A stretch of 64,000 bases of DNA from Candidatus Kapaibacterium sp. GTDB taxonomy: Bacteria > Bacteroidota > Ignavibacteria > Kapaibacteriales > Kapaibacteriaceae. The position numbers and the translations under genes were made by a program. Of this stretch, positions 28,905 through 37,810 are shown piece by piece. Under the pieces are notes generated by a model. That model was not told the DNA's origin. It saw nothing but the letters and a program-made list of their open reading frames with translations, and made no database searches. Every line of letters starts with the position of its first letter. Within the stretch, counting starts at the first letter, position 1. The stretch is from the NCBI GenBank assembly GCA_030833725.1, contig JAURGP010000001.1, positions 113,870 through 177,869 of the forward strand. Reading direction: 5' to 3'.

Positions 28905-29807
28905 TCATTCCCCCGTTAATGCAATGCGATCCTCGTACTTGTTGTAGATCACTTGGATGATGAGTCCGAACAACACTGCAGATATCACGAGGACATTGTT
29001 CAGCAGACCTTCCACATTAAAAGACAGCCGTATCAGGATCGTTGAGATAATGAAGCCAGAGTTACGAATAATCACGTGGAAGTAATCAGTGTAGAAGAAG
29101 GACACGAGAAGAAGAAGAACGTCAACAATCACTAGTAGTGTAAAGAACTCCTCAAAGAACACCCTGTTTACACCATGGAACGTCGAGGTGGCTGATGTAG
29201 GACTAGAGAACACATCCGTCAGCCAATGAACCAAGGAAACGGTCGCCAAAACAAACACAAGCGGTACTAGGGCCGTAGCGATCAGATTCTTGATCCTACC
29301 ATACGTCATCGTACCATCTTGAGTATGGTGTATTGCAGCAACTGCTGGCGTTCGTCGTCGACATAACGAAGAGAAGAGGTAGATGAGGAAGAATAGGATT
29401 AGTGTTGTGATAAGATCGTATGTGAACTGAAGGTCGTACTTGAGTGTGAACCAATCAGAGGTGATCTCAAGGTTTGCAAGGTCCTTGAAGAGCCGACGCA
29501 TGATGATCAGAAGGATGATCTCGTACTGCTTATTGATGTAGGTACTGAGAGACTTCGGGAGATAGAAAATCAGCAGGTATACTTCGTATACCAGGATGAA
29601 TGAAAACGGCGTGTAGAGTGCAGAAATCGGGTTGTTCAACAGATGTATCGTGGAGTCTAGTTTGACTACTCCGATCTGCACCAAACCGATCAGCAGCAAA
29701 TGAATAAGGAAGCTGGCGATAGCGATGATCAGAACCACACGCTCAATGCGCTCTCGCATCGCGGTTGAAAGCAATCCACCTGATTGATTACCTGGCGCCG
29801 GATACAT
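28905..29807 (-). CDS. hypothetical 8-TM membrane protein, anomalously low GC
   Basis: 300-aa ORF rich in I/L/F/Y/K/N. GC is visibly lower than in flanking genes. About 8 predicted TM helices. No recognisable family motif. Confidence 0.5.
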   Translation of the reverse strand: MYPAPGNQSGGLLSTAMRERIERVVLIIAIASFLIHLLLIGLVQIGVVKLDSTIHLLNNPISALYTPFSFILVYEVYLLIFYLPKSLSTYINKQYEIILLIIMRRLFKDLANLEITSDWFTLKYDLQFTYDLITTLILFFLIYLFSSLCRRRTPAVAAIHHTQDGTMTYGRIKNLIATALVPLVFVLATVSLVHWLTDVFSSPTSATSTFHGVNRVFFEEFFTLLVIVDVLLLLVSFFYTDYFHVIIRNSGFIISTILIRLSFNVEGLLNNVLVISAVLFGLIIQVIYNKYEDRIALTGE

Positions 29808-29878
29808 GAGTTAGCCTCTCATTGCAGGTGGTTCGATACGGACAGTGATCGAATCTAATGTTTTACGCCACCGAATGC

Positions 29879-29912
29879 CACGACGCCGGGAAAACCTTTT
29901 CCCGGCGTCGTC
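29879..29912. repeat. palindromic element copy D (opposite orientation, loop AAAACCTTTT): CACGACGCCGGGAAAACCTTTTCCCGGCGTCGTC
   Basis: Lies in the divergent region between the low-GC membrane gene and the VanZ-like gene. Confidence 0.8.
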
Positions 29913-30022
29913 CGTTATGTTCAATCCATGTGGTTCTGGATACCGTCTATCGTCCGTGGACATGGAGTGTCCGATGTGCCGACGCGCATCTGGCTGACTC
30001 CTTCACGAAGATCACTTCCGAT

Positions 30023-30250
30023 ATGGGTTTGTCTGCATTGATGGTTCTCTTTGAGGGCCGACGGTGGTGGAGCAGTCAGATCTCTAGTTGGCTTACCGTG
30101 CTGGTGCCCGTCCTGAGCATGGTGATCTACGAGCTGGTCCAGACCGTTCTTCCGTGGGGCCGGTTCGATCCTTGGGATGTGGCTTGGACCTTTGCGGGTG
30201 GTGGGATAGCCCTCATCGTGAAGCGACGCTGGGAAGCTCCGGTGTGGTAA
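30023..30250 (+). CDS. VanZ-like family protein (short, possibly truncated)
   Basis: C-terminal motif RFDPWDVAWTFAGGGIALIV resembles the VanZ FDxxDxxxNxxGxxxG motif. Upstream part of the ORF is occupied by a palindromic repeat copy. Confidence 0.35.
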   Translation: MGLSALMVLFEGRRWWSSQISSWLTVLVPVLSMVIYELVQTVLPWGRFDPWDVAWTFAGGGIALIVKRRWEAPVW

Positions 30251-30275
30251 TTTCCGCTCTCATTTTTCACACGTT

Positions 30276-31055
30276 TTGAAAGCGTTCATGAAACGTTTTG
30301 TTGTCGCGTGGTCTATCGCCATGCTGGTAAGTGCTGCCAGTGTATCTCTGGTTGCTGCTAGTGATTCGACAAGCCCCTTTCACGGATTCAACATCGGCAT
30401 GCACGGAGGCTACGGCTCTGCCCAGCGTGTTGGTGTAAACAGTTGGTGGTTTGAAGGTCTTGACATCGAGAGAGGATGGGCTCAGTTCTCACAGAGTGGT
30501 GGTCAGATTGGCGTACACATGGGGTACAACTACGTTCTTCCTTCCGGGCTCCTGTTTGGGGCTCGTGTAAGTTTTGCTGCCTCAAACATTCACGGCATGG
30601 ATATCGACAGCGTTCGTGACGGAGCAGATGAGTTCACGTCGGATGGAAGAAACAGGCAGGAGAGTATCACAATGGCACAGGCTCGCATCGGCTATGCCAC
30701 AGACACGTGGTCGGTGCATGCTATTGGTGGTTACACGATAACTACGTCGCGGAATGAGGGCTCGTTCACGTCATTGACACCGGCAGCTGTTCCGCCAGGT
30801 GGTGAAAGAATCTATGGATCCTGGAGCGGCGTCGAAATGCAATCGGGTTTGGTTGCGGGCGTTGGAGCCGGCTTCATGCTGACAGATCGAGTTTCCGTCA
30901 GCTTGGACTATACCTTGCTGTTGTTCGATAAGGTGACCAATGGCCTTCCTGGATCCGCCGGTATCTTGGGATCCGGCTCAGTACCAACGTATCTCACGTC
31001 CGTTGTTGAGTCTGAAATGCACCTGTTCACGGTTGGTGTTTCGTATCGCCTCTAA
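30276..31055 (+). CDS. outer-membrane beta-barrel protein (OmpA-like barrel)
   Basis: 259 aa. Signal peptide. Alternating amphipathic beta-strands, Gly/aromatic-rich. C-terminal VGVSYRL. Confidence 0.6.
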   Translation: MKAFMKRFVVAWSIAMLVSAASVSLVAASDSTSPFHGFNIGMHGGYGSAQRVGVNSWWFEGLDIERGWAQFSQSGGQIGVHMGYNYVLPSGLLFGARVSFAASNIHGMDIDSVRDGADEFTSDGRNRQESITMAQARIGYATDTWSVHAIGGYTITTSRNEGSFTSLTPAAVPPGGERIYGSWSGVEMQSGLVAGVGAGFMLTDRVSVSLDYTLLLFDKVTNGLPGSAGILGSGSVPTYLTSVVESEMHLFTVGVSYRL

Positions 31056-31075
31056 AGGTTTTCCCGGCGTTGTCC
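31055..31075. repeat. truncated half-copy E of the palindromic element: AAAGGTTTTCCCGGCGTTGTC
   Basis: Begins at the stop codon of the OMP gene. Only the right arm is present. Confidence 0.55.
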
Positions 31076-31215
31076 AACCAACGTCGTCTGATCGTATACC
31101 AAAAGCCCCTTACAGGATCGTCCTGCAAGGGGCTTTGTCGTATGTGGTTCGGGAAGATATCTGTGCGGTCAGGGAGGCTGGTGCTCATCGTGCAGATTGA
31201 AGTGCATCAAGGAAA

Positions 31216-31605
31216 TCAAGCGCCTTTTGATTGAAACAATCCGATCCTATTGCCTTCGCTGTCTTCGAACTCGGCAACGCAACCCCATTCAGTATCCGAT
31301 GCTATCTCGAGCACGATCCGGCCTCCGTTGGCCATCACACGTTGAAGTGTGTCTCCAATATCTACGGTTCGCAAGTAGAGAATCACGCCTTCATGCGTCG
31401 GCCGATAGACATCTCCTTTGCACAATGCACCCGTGATTCCAGTAAGCCGCTCGTCAAATGGAAACAAAGCCATCTCGTAGTGATCGATAACGGTTCGATG
31501 GAACGGAACTCCCAACACCGCCCCGTAGAATTCAACAGCACGTTCAAGGTCTGTGACTGGAATCTCGAAGTAAACCGCAGGATTGAATTTCGAGGGTATC
31601 TTCAT
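31216..31605 (-). CDS. VOC (glyoxalase/bleomycin-resistance) family protein
   Basis: 129 aa. YFEIPVTDLERAVEFY and GGRIV motifs of the VOC fold. Confidence 0.8.
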   Translation of the reverse strand: MKIPSKFNPAVYFEIPVTDLERAVEFYGAVLGVPFHRTVIDHYEMALFPFDERLTGITGALCKGDVYRPTHEGVILYLRTVDIGDTLQRVMANGGRIVLEIASDTEWGCVAEFEDSEGNRIGLFQSKGA

Positions 31606-31895
31606 TATTCGAAGTTAATTAGGTTCACCGCACACGTGGTGACGGCATTGTGGGCGACGATTCGTAGAACGAATCGGGACTGACAAGACCCGAACAACCC
31701 CACTTCACTGAGGCTCTGAACCCGATGGACGGGTCAAAAAGTGTAGTCTTAAAAGTGTAGTCTTTTTTCTGGTTTCCGTCCTCGTAAGTCCCTGTAAAAC
31801 AAGGAAACGGGTAGAAACGGTCAGACCCCTTGAAACACGGGGTTTCAAAGGGTCTAACACTGTTGTGATTCAACCACTTGGGGTTGAAGTTCCTG

Positions 31896-31968
<73 letters not shown>

Positions 31969-32092
31969 GTGTCTGGTTCTCTACAGCGTAAGCGCCGTAG
32001 GGCAACAAATATACAGAACCGGCGAAAGGTGACAAACGTCATAGTGTGGGTTCGCGGATGGCCATAGGTTGCCGAACACGGTAATGGGCATG

Positions 32093-32122
32093 ATTCACCG
32101 TAGTTCACCGGAAATCACCGGA
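32093..32122 (+). promoter_or_regulatory. three phased TCACCG(G) direct repeats immediately upstream of lipoprotein gene start
   Basis: aTTCACCGtagTTCACCGGaaaTCACCGGatacaacc-ATG. Spacing 10-11 bp. Ends 8 bp before the ATG at 32130. Confidence 0.3.
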
Positions 32123-32129
32123 TACAACC

Positions 32130-32909
32130 ATGGAGTACACAATGAGAAGATATCTGAACGTGCTAGTCGGCACTGCACTGCTGCTGGCAACGACAAGCTG
32201 CGGCTTGATCGAGTCCTCGACAGAGGGACCCAATGAAATGGGAGGTGATGGCAACATCGACCTCATAGAAGTAGTAAACAGCTGGGGCGTGAGCTTCAAC
32301 ACCGAGACCTTTGGCCCTGGTTTCAGTGGTGTTGAGGAGGACATCAAGCTGGTGAGTAACGAGAATGGCCTGATCACGTTAGATGCTACGCTCACCTTCG
32401 ACACCGTTGCTACCAAGGCCTTAGATACCTTGCTGGGAGTCACGGAGTTGCCGTACTCTGTGAAGATGGGCATTCTAGATGCGTATCTGGCGCGATATGG
32501 TGCGAGCATCGATACCACAGATAAAGGATCGATGAAGCTACGGGCAGTACTGAAGGCAAAGGTCACGGACCGCGGGATCCAAGAGTATTTCAGCTCCGGC
32601 GGTAACACATCACGCCCCTTCACCATTGTGAAGTATGATGCTGGTATCGGAGATTCCTACGAGTTCACCCTTGATGACGGCACCAAGAAGAAGCGCACCG
32701 TTATGTCACGTTCCACCACCGACGACTACCCAGTAGCATTCTGGCTGCTGAAAGTGATCAAGGTAAAGGAGGAAACAGTAGATGCAGAAGATCCACTGCT
32801 GGACGAACTCTGGTACATCACCAATCACAAGTACGGACTTGTGGGTATCGAGGGTACGCTAAAGAGCGGGAAGCCGCTCAAGATTACCGTGTTCCCACCC
32901 ACACTGTAG
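32130..32909 (+). CDS. hypothetical lipoprotein
   Basis: 259 aa. Signal peptide plus lipobox (LLLATTSCG). No recognisable domain. Confidence 0.5.
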   Translation: MEYTMRRYLNVLVGTALLLATTSCGLIESSTEGPNEMGGDGNIDLIEVVNSWGVSFNTETFGPGFSGVEEDIKLVSNENGLITLDATLTFDTVATKALDTLLGVTELPYSVKMGILDAYLARYGASIDTTDKGSMKLRAVLKAKVTDRGIQEYFSSGGNTSRPFTIVKYDAGIGDSYEFTLDDGTKKKRTVMSRSTTDDYPVAFWLLKVIKVKEETVDAEDPLLDELWYITNHKYGLVGIEGTLKSGKPLKITVFPPTL

Positions 32910-32926
32910 GGGGCTTTGATACCGTG

Positions 32927-33862
32927 CTAGTCCCACGGTGTCCAGGCGAAGGCCACGGTGGGCACCACAAATGGGCCCTGCACAATCGTAAAACCGAAAT
33001 CTGATGCCACAGCACGGCTCGTAAGCCTCAATCCAAGGTAGAGAGCCGTGTTGGCTGGCCGAGTCAGGTCAGCATTCCAGAGTTCACCCACAACGTGAAG
33101 GTTGCGCATCTCAGGAAAGCGTGTGTCGAGTCCGATACCAACGCCAAAGGTTCCATTTGGTAACGGGAATGCTGATGGACCAAAGAAGTTGCCGGCCTTG
33201 ATCGTGTAGTTGTCCTTACCTGCCACCTTGGCAAACATCATGAGTGTTGCCTGCGTGCGCTTACCGGTGAACGTAGCAACACCATATACGTGGCCTAGAA
33301 AATTCACATCATTCAGCCAGCCCCCGTTGATACCAACGGCATAGTACTGTTCGCCCCCTTCAACTAATCCATGTGGAGCTGTGTGAACCGTGAATTTCGC
33401 ATTCACCAGCGAGACCTGCTCGCTCCAGGCAATTCCGGGCACCAGTGTGCGGCCGGCCGTGATGCTGAGCCAGTTGCCTACTCCTACGCCGGCATAGGGC
33501 AGAACACCCTCTATAAGTGAGATGAAGGCATCATTCCCAATGGGAATGGCCGTTGGCAGAATGTATCCTCGATGTCGGTGGCGGTAGTCTGCTTCACTTG
33601 AGTAGATCGAGTGAATCTCCTTGGCATAGATTTTCGCCCTACCAACAACTGATGCAACACGCACATAGGCGCCAGTGTCATCTTCGGAGAACTCAACGAT
33701 GGCACCACTGAGAATATCGCCGTTTTCCAACCGGACAACGTAGATCTCGTCATCAATGAAGGACATACGGAGGAGTTCTTCATTTGTCATAGCTGCTGCA
33801 TTCACATGGAGCAACCAGAAGAGTGCGATGAGGCAAGCAGTAACGGTTCGTGTTGTCTTCAT
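32927..33862 (-). CDS. hypothetical secreted/outer-membrane protein
   Basis: 311 aa. Signal peptide (MKTTRTVTACLIALFWLLHVNAAA). Beta-rich alternating pattern. Confidence 0.5.
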   Translation of the reverse strand: MKTTRTVTACLIALFWLLHVNAAAMTNEELLRMSFIDDEIYVVRLENGDILSGAIVEFSEDDTGAYVRVASVVGRAKIYAKEIHSIYSSEADYRHRHRGYILPTAIPIGNDAFISLIEGVLPYAGVGVGNWLSITAGRTLVPGIAWSEQVSLVNAKFTVHTAPHGLVEGGEQYYAVGINGGWLNDVNFLGHVYGVATFTGKRTQATLMMFAKVAGKDNYTIKAGNFFGPSAFPLPNGTFGVGIGLDTRFPEMRNLHVVGELWNADLTRPANTALYLGLRLTSRAVASDFGFTIVQGPFVVPTVAFAWTPWD

Positions 33863-34965
33863 AACTCACTGAGGGCCAACTGGCCGCAGGCAGCATCGAT
33901 ATCCAGCCCCGATGAACTGCGAATCAGTACGTGCGCACCTTCTTCCCGCAGTCGATCAAGAAACCATTGGAAGCGGTCAGGGGGCGTAGGACGCAATGTT
34001 GCAGCGAAGCCAGATGGATGAGTGAAGTCGATCTCATGAAATGGGATCACGTTAATCTTGGTTGGAAACCTCCGAGCCATGCGTGCCAGACGGACAACGT
34101 CCTGCTCGGTGTCGTTCAGTCCGTCGAAGAGAATGTATTCGAAGGTGATACTCTTGCGAGTGGCGCGATAGTATTGCTCCAATGCATCCATCACCACCGG
34201 CAAAGGCCAGCGTTTGGCGATGGGCATCAATTGCTCGCGCACCCCCTGCGTGGTAGCATGAAGACTCAAGGCTAGCTTGATGATCTGGCCTTCTTCGGCC
34301 AACCGCAGGATTCCCGGTACTACTCCGGCAGTACTCAGCGTTGTTCGTCGAGGAGCAACCATGTTTGTGCGCTGATCATTGAAGATCGTGGTGGCACGCA
34401 TCACAGCATCGTAGTTGTTCATGGGTTCACCCATGCCCATGTAGACGATATTGGTGATTGGTTTCTCGGAGTGTCGCTGAGCTTGCAGAAACTGATCGAC
34501 GATCTCGCCGCTCGACAGATTACGTTTCAAGTTGAGTGTGGCCGTTGCACAAAACTCACAGCCGAGATTACATCCCACTTGGGTAGAGATGCAGAGTGTA
34601 CGTCGGCGAGGCTGTCCGTCGGCTTCTACCAGTTCACTGGGAATCAGAACAGACTCGATCGTAGCACCATCCCAAAGCGAGAACAAGAACTTCTTCGTGC
34701 CGTCGGAACTCTCTTGAACCGTTTGTAACTCAACACTCTGCGTTCGAAACTCCGTACTCAGCTGTTGCTGCAGATCAGCTGGAAGCACATGCATGGCATG
34801 CATGTCGTTGATACGCTGCACGTACAGGGCGTCGTACACCTGGCGTGCACGGTACTTCCTGATGCCGCGCTCCTCAAAGAGCGTTTCGAGTGCAGCTACA
34901 GGCCAACCCTTGAGTTCTGTAGGGCCCTTGACGCGGTCTCGCTGTGGAATAGAGGGAAGGGACAT
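33859..34965 (-). CDS. rlmN: 23S rRNA (adenine2503-C2)-methyltransferase RlmN (radical SAM)
   Basis: 368 aa. Radical SAM CxxxCxxC (CNLGCEFC) and conserved RlmN/Cfr motifs (YMGMGEP, second Cys region). Confidence 0.85.
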   Translation of the reverse strand: MSLPSIPQRDRVKGPTELKGWPVAALETLFEERGIRKYRARQVYDALYVQRINDMHAMHVLPADLQQQLSTEFRTQSVELQTVQESSDGTKKFLFSLWDGATIESVLIPSELVEADGQPRRRTLCISTQVGCNLGCEFCATATLNLKRNLSSGEIVDQFLQAQRHSEKPITNIVYMGMGEPMNNYDAVMRATTIFNDQRTNMVAPRRTTLSTAGVVPGILRLAEEGQIIKLALSLHATTQGVREQLMPIAKRWPLPVVMDALEQYYRATRKSITFEYILFDGLNDTEQDVVRLARMARRFPTKINVIPFHEIDFTHPSGFAATLRPTPPDRFQWFLDRLREEGAHVLIRSSSGLDIDAACGQLALSEL

Positions 34966-34995
34966 ATCACAAACATCGGGAAGTTGCCGCGATGA

Positions 34996-36075
34996 TCAGT
35001 CTGACAGAAGTGCGACGGCCTCTGCAGCTACGGTACTACCGAGTGCTACCCCCATGCCATTGCAACCGAACACTCTCATCGTGTGTGGTTGTATGTGCTC
35101 TATCAGCGGTTGCTTGTCGGGTCGAAATCCCATGATTCCCGACCATCGGTATTCGATACTGAATACCTGGCCTGGAAGAATGGTGGTGCGGAGCAGATCT
35201 TCTAGGTAGTGCTGAATCACATCGGTTGTTCCAAACTCAGTTGTTTCCTCTTCGGCGAAGGCAAGGTTTCTTCCACCGCCCAGCAGGACGCGATCACCCA
35301 CGTTTCGGAAGTACACGTACCCCTCGTCCATATGGAACGAACCACGCAACGGCAAGCCCCTTACCGGTGATGTCACCAGAATCTGACCTCGTCCAGGAGT
35401 GATGTCGGTGGATGGTCCCAATGGAAACGCATTTGTTGCAATCACCACCTTGCGCGCCTCGATGCGACCATTGTTCGTGGTAATGTGTGCATGAGTATCG
35501 GCGGATTGTACATCCCGCGCTTCTGTGATCTGAAAAGTGATGCCAACATCCTGGGCAATCGTCCAGAGCCGTTGCACCAGAAGCCCACTATTGATCGTTC
35601 CCTCGAAAGGTGTGCGGACCATAGCCTGGACGTTAGAGAAACCCAGCTGGTCGCAGAGGTGATCGGCGCGCTCAAACATGGTGTGCTCAAACACCGGAAG
35701 GAGGAGTTCATTCACCTCGTCCAAACGCTCGAGTGCTGGATGGTTCGTGGTAAAGATTTCGTGTCCACCATTCTCCTCGAATCCGATGGCATCGTCTCCG
35801 CAGCGCTCTCGCAGCCGCTGCAGCCCTGCCCATCGTCGCTGAACCAGATCTCGTGCACGGTCGGCCCCCATCAGGTTGATGTCGTAGGCGATCTCGCTCA
35901 GCGAACCAATGCAGGCAAAACCTGCATTCCGCATACTCGCCCCTGCCGGTGGCGCTGTCCTCTCCAGAACAAGGACGGCGTGGGACGGATGGCGCTGCTG
36001 GTACTCGATTGCTGCGGAGGTTCCGATGATACCGCCACCAATCACCACCAGATCGTACGTGCCGGGAACCACGCC
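34996..36075 (-). CDS. FAD-dependent oxidoreductase (DAO family)
   Basis: GxGxxG motif YDLVVIGGGIIGTSAA sits right at the N-terminus. No ATG is available there; a probable GTG start at about 36075 lies inside a palindromic repeat copy. The ORF as listed extends to 36159 through the repeat. Confidence 0.7.
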   Translation of the reverse strand, partial: GVVPGTYDLVVIGGGIIGTSAAIEYQQRHPSHAVLVLERTAPPAGASMRNAGFACIGSLSEIAYDINLMGADRARDLVQRRWAGLQRLRERCGDDAIGFEENGGHEIFTTNHPALERLDEVNELLLPVFEHTMFERADHLCDQLGFSNVQAMVRTPFEGTINSGLLVQRLWTIAQDVGITFQITEARDVQSADTHAHITTNNGRIEARKVVIATNAFPLGPSTDITPGRGQILVTSPVRGLPLRGSFHMDEGYVYFRNVGDRVLLGGGRNLAFAEEETTEFGTTDVIQHYLEDLLRTTILPGQVFSIEYRWSGIMGFRPDKQPLIEHIQPHTMRVFGCNGMGVALGSTVAAEAVALLSD

Positions 36076-36108
36076 GGGAAAACCTTTTCCCGGCGTCGTT
36101 CCCGGCAT
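36058..36108. repeat. palindromic element copy F, nested double hairpin: GTGCCGGGAACCACGCCGGGAAAACCTTTTCCCGGCGTCGTTCCCGGCA
   Basis: Inner stem ACGCCGGG/CCCGGCGT and outer stem GCCGGGAAC/GTTCCCGGC. Overlaps the 5' end and probable GTG start of the FAD oxidoreductase. Confidence 0.75.
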
Positions 36109-36240
36109 CGGCCCCACCTCCTGCCAAACCGTAGCCTCAATGCTAATATTGTTTACCATTTTCCCCTCCTAGTTCATTCTTCCTGTAACTTGAATGGAAA
36201 GCGAGGGTTCTTGCCCACGTACGCAATCATTGTTGTGCGA

Positions 36241-36786
36241 ATGACCTACGAATTACTCTCAGATGAAGCTGTCTTCGCACTTGTGCGAGACGAGAATGAT
36301 CAGGAGGCCTTCGCGGTTCTGTACCGGCGGTACAATAAGCGGGTTTACGCTTACTGTGTGCGTGCCTTAGGGAACCCTGAAGACGCACGTGATGTATTCC
36401 AGTCCGTCGTCCTCACGATTTACGACAAGCGACGTTCATTTTCTGATGGCTCTTTTGCTGCGTGGCTGTTTACCATCACGCGCAATATGTGCCTGAAGAC
36501 ACTTCGAAATCGAAAACAAACCTCGGAATTCGTTGAAGAACTCCACGATACCGAGGAATCTGGTTCTAATAGTCCGGACTTCCTGCTACGAGCGGAACTT
36601 CGAAAGGCAATCAATGATTTGCCAGCAGAGTTCCGTGAAGCACTGGAACTTCGATACTTCGACGACCTGACATACGAAGACATTGCCGAGGCGCTTGGTG
36701 TTTCGGTATCGCTGGCAAAGGTTCGTGTGTTCCGAGCAAAGAAAATTCTAGCGAAGACGCTGTCTCCGATTTTGGACGAGCTTTAA
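36241..36786 (+). CDS. RNA polymerase ECF-type sigma-70 factor
   Basis: 181 aa starting at MTYELLSDEA. Sigma-70 region 2 (VFQSVVLTIYDKRRSF) and region 4 HTH (LTYEDIAEALGVSVSLAKVRVFRAKK). Confidence 0.85.
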   Translation: MTYELLSDEAVFALVRDENDQEAFAVLYRRYNKRVYAYCVRALGNPEDARDVFQSVVLTIYDKRRSFSDGSFAAWLFTITRNMCLKTLRNRKQTSEFVEELHDTEESGSNSPDFLLRAELRKAINDLPAEFREALELRYFDDLTYEDIAEALGVSVSLAKVRVFRAKKILAKTLSPILDEL

Positions 36787-36798
36787 GACGAGTTATCA

Positions 36799-37740
36799 AT
36801 GACGAACGATGAACTATTGGCAGGCTTTCTTGATCGGTCGCTGAACGAGGATCAACTCCTCGAGTTTCAAGCGCGCCGCGAGTCAGATCCTGAGTTTGCA
36901 CAACAAGTGTTTACCATGCTGCGAATCGAGGAGGCGCTTCCAATCGCAGCTCCATCTATTTCTGCACCCGTTGCACTGTTTCAGTCCGTTGAAGCCACGG
37001 TAGCGAACCACATTGCTCAGCAGGCAGCTCATCTGGGTATTGCTGCCTCGGTAGGGGGCTTTGGTAGCATGATCAAGTCTACCCTCTCTACCGTTGCCAC
37101 AAGTGTGTGGACCTACGCCACGGCTGCTGGTCTTGCAGCTATTGGAGCAGGTGTGGCTTACTTCTCGGACCCGTCCACGGCGCAGTCATTTTCTACGGGA
37201 TCACGTGTCGTTGCCGTAAGTGATGCACCGAGAGCACAGCCGGTAGAGCTGCGTCTTGTTGCCCCGCACGAAGAGACACCGTCACGCGCTCAGCGCGTTA
37301 GCTCCGATCGGATGTCTCGCAACGGCGTTGAATGGACGACAGCAGCCGATGTACCGAAGTTCTCGAATCGTACCCATCGCTTAGACGTGCAGGCACCTAG
37401 CGCAGATCCAGCTCTTGAGAGCCTGCTTGGTGATCTCGACCGAAGCCGTAACGCTTCCGACTTGGTTCGGAGCGCACAGATTGGGTTGGCAATTGGCCGT
37501 ACCTACCGTGAGCGTGGTCAGCATACACTGGCAGAGCGATACCTCGGTAAGTCACTGGTCGACGCTCGCCAATCACGCGTGGTAGAGTATGAGGTGGAGG
37601 TTCTCACGGAACTGGCACTGAATGCCAATGCTACCGGTAGACGCACGGACGCTCAGGGGTATGCCCAAAAGGCACAGTCCGTCGCAGAGAGAGCAGGAAT
37701 CACGTATCAACCACTTGAGTTTACAGACTCGCCAGACTAG
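36799..37740 (+). CDS. putative anti-sigma factor (TM protein with C-terminal TPR-like region)
   Basis: Immediately downstream of the ECF sigma. Short N-terminal cytoplasmic domain, one TM (AAGLAAIGAGVAYF), then a periplasmic region. The call is positional. Confidence 0.45.
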   Translation: MTNDELLAGFLDRSLNEDQLLEFQARRESDPEFAQQVFTMLRIEEALPIAAPSISAPVALFQSVEATVANHIAQQAAHLGIAASVGGFGSMIKSTLSTVATSVWTYATAAGLAAIGAGVAYFSDPSTAQSFSTGSRVVAVSDAPRAQPVELRLVAPHEETPSRAQRVSSDRMSRNGVEWTTAADVPKFSNRTHRLDVQAPSADPALESLLGDLDRSRNASDLVRSAQIGLAIGRTYRERGQHTLAERYLGKSLVDARQSRVVEYEVEVLTELALNANATGRRTDAQGYAQKAQSVAERAGITYQPLEFTDSPD

Positions 37741-37768
37741 ATCAGCTTCTGTCTTCGCGAGGTCTACT

Positions 37769-37810
37769 GAGCGGCGATCGTAACAGCTTCACGGTCGCCG
37801 CTCGTTTTTT
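37769..37810 (+). terminator. rho-independent terminator candidate for the sigma/anti-sigma operon
   Basis: GAGCGGCGATCG-taacagcttcac-GGTCGCCGCTC followed by GTTTTTTAT. The hairpin and T-run overlap the last codons (KNERRP) of the convergent 667-aa gene. Confidence 0.45.

Noticed and set aside
28905-29807. Considered whether the low-GC 8-TM protein next to crtY/blh is the missing rhodopsin or heliorhodopsin.
   Set aside because: There is no helix-C RYxDW-like motif and no Lys in the last TM helices positioned for Schiff-base formation. It has 8 rather than 7 helices. Kept as unknown membrane protein.
31737-31770. 14-bp tandem repeat AAAAGTGTAGTCTT x2 followed by a T-run, between the VOC gene and tRNA-Phe.
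   Set aside because: No inverted-repeat stem, so not a terminator. Could be a slippage product. Too short to call a feature.
31833-31858. Imperfect inverted repeat CCCTTGAAAC..GGTTTCAAAGGG just 3' of tRNA-Phe, considered as its terminator.
   Set aside because: No T-run follows the hairpin on the tRNA (minus) strand, and the stem is imperfect.
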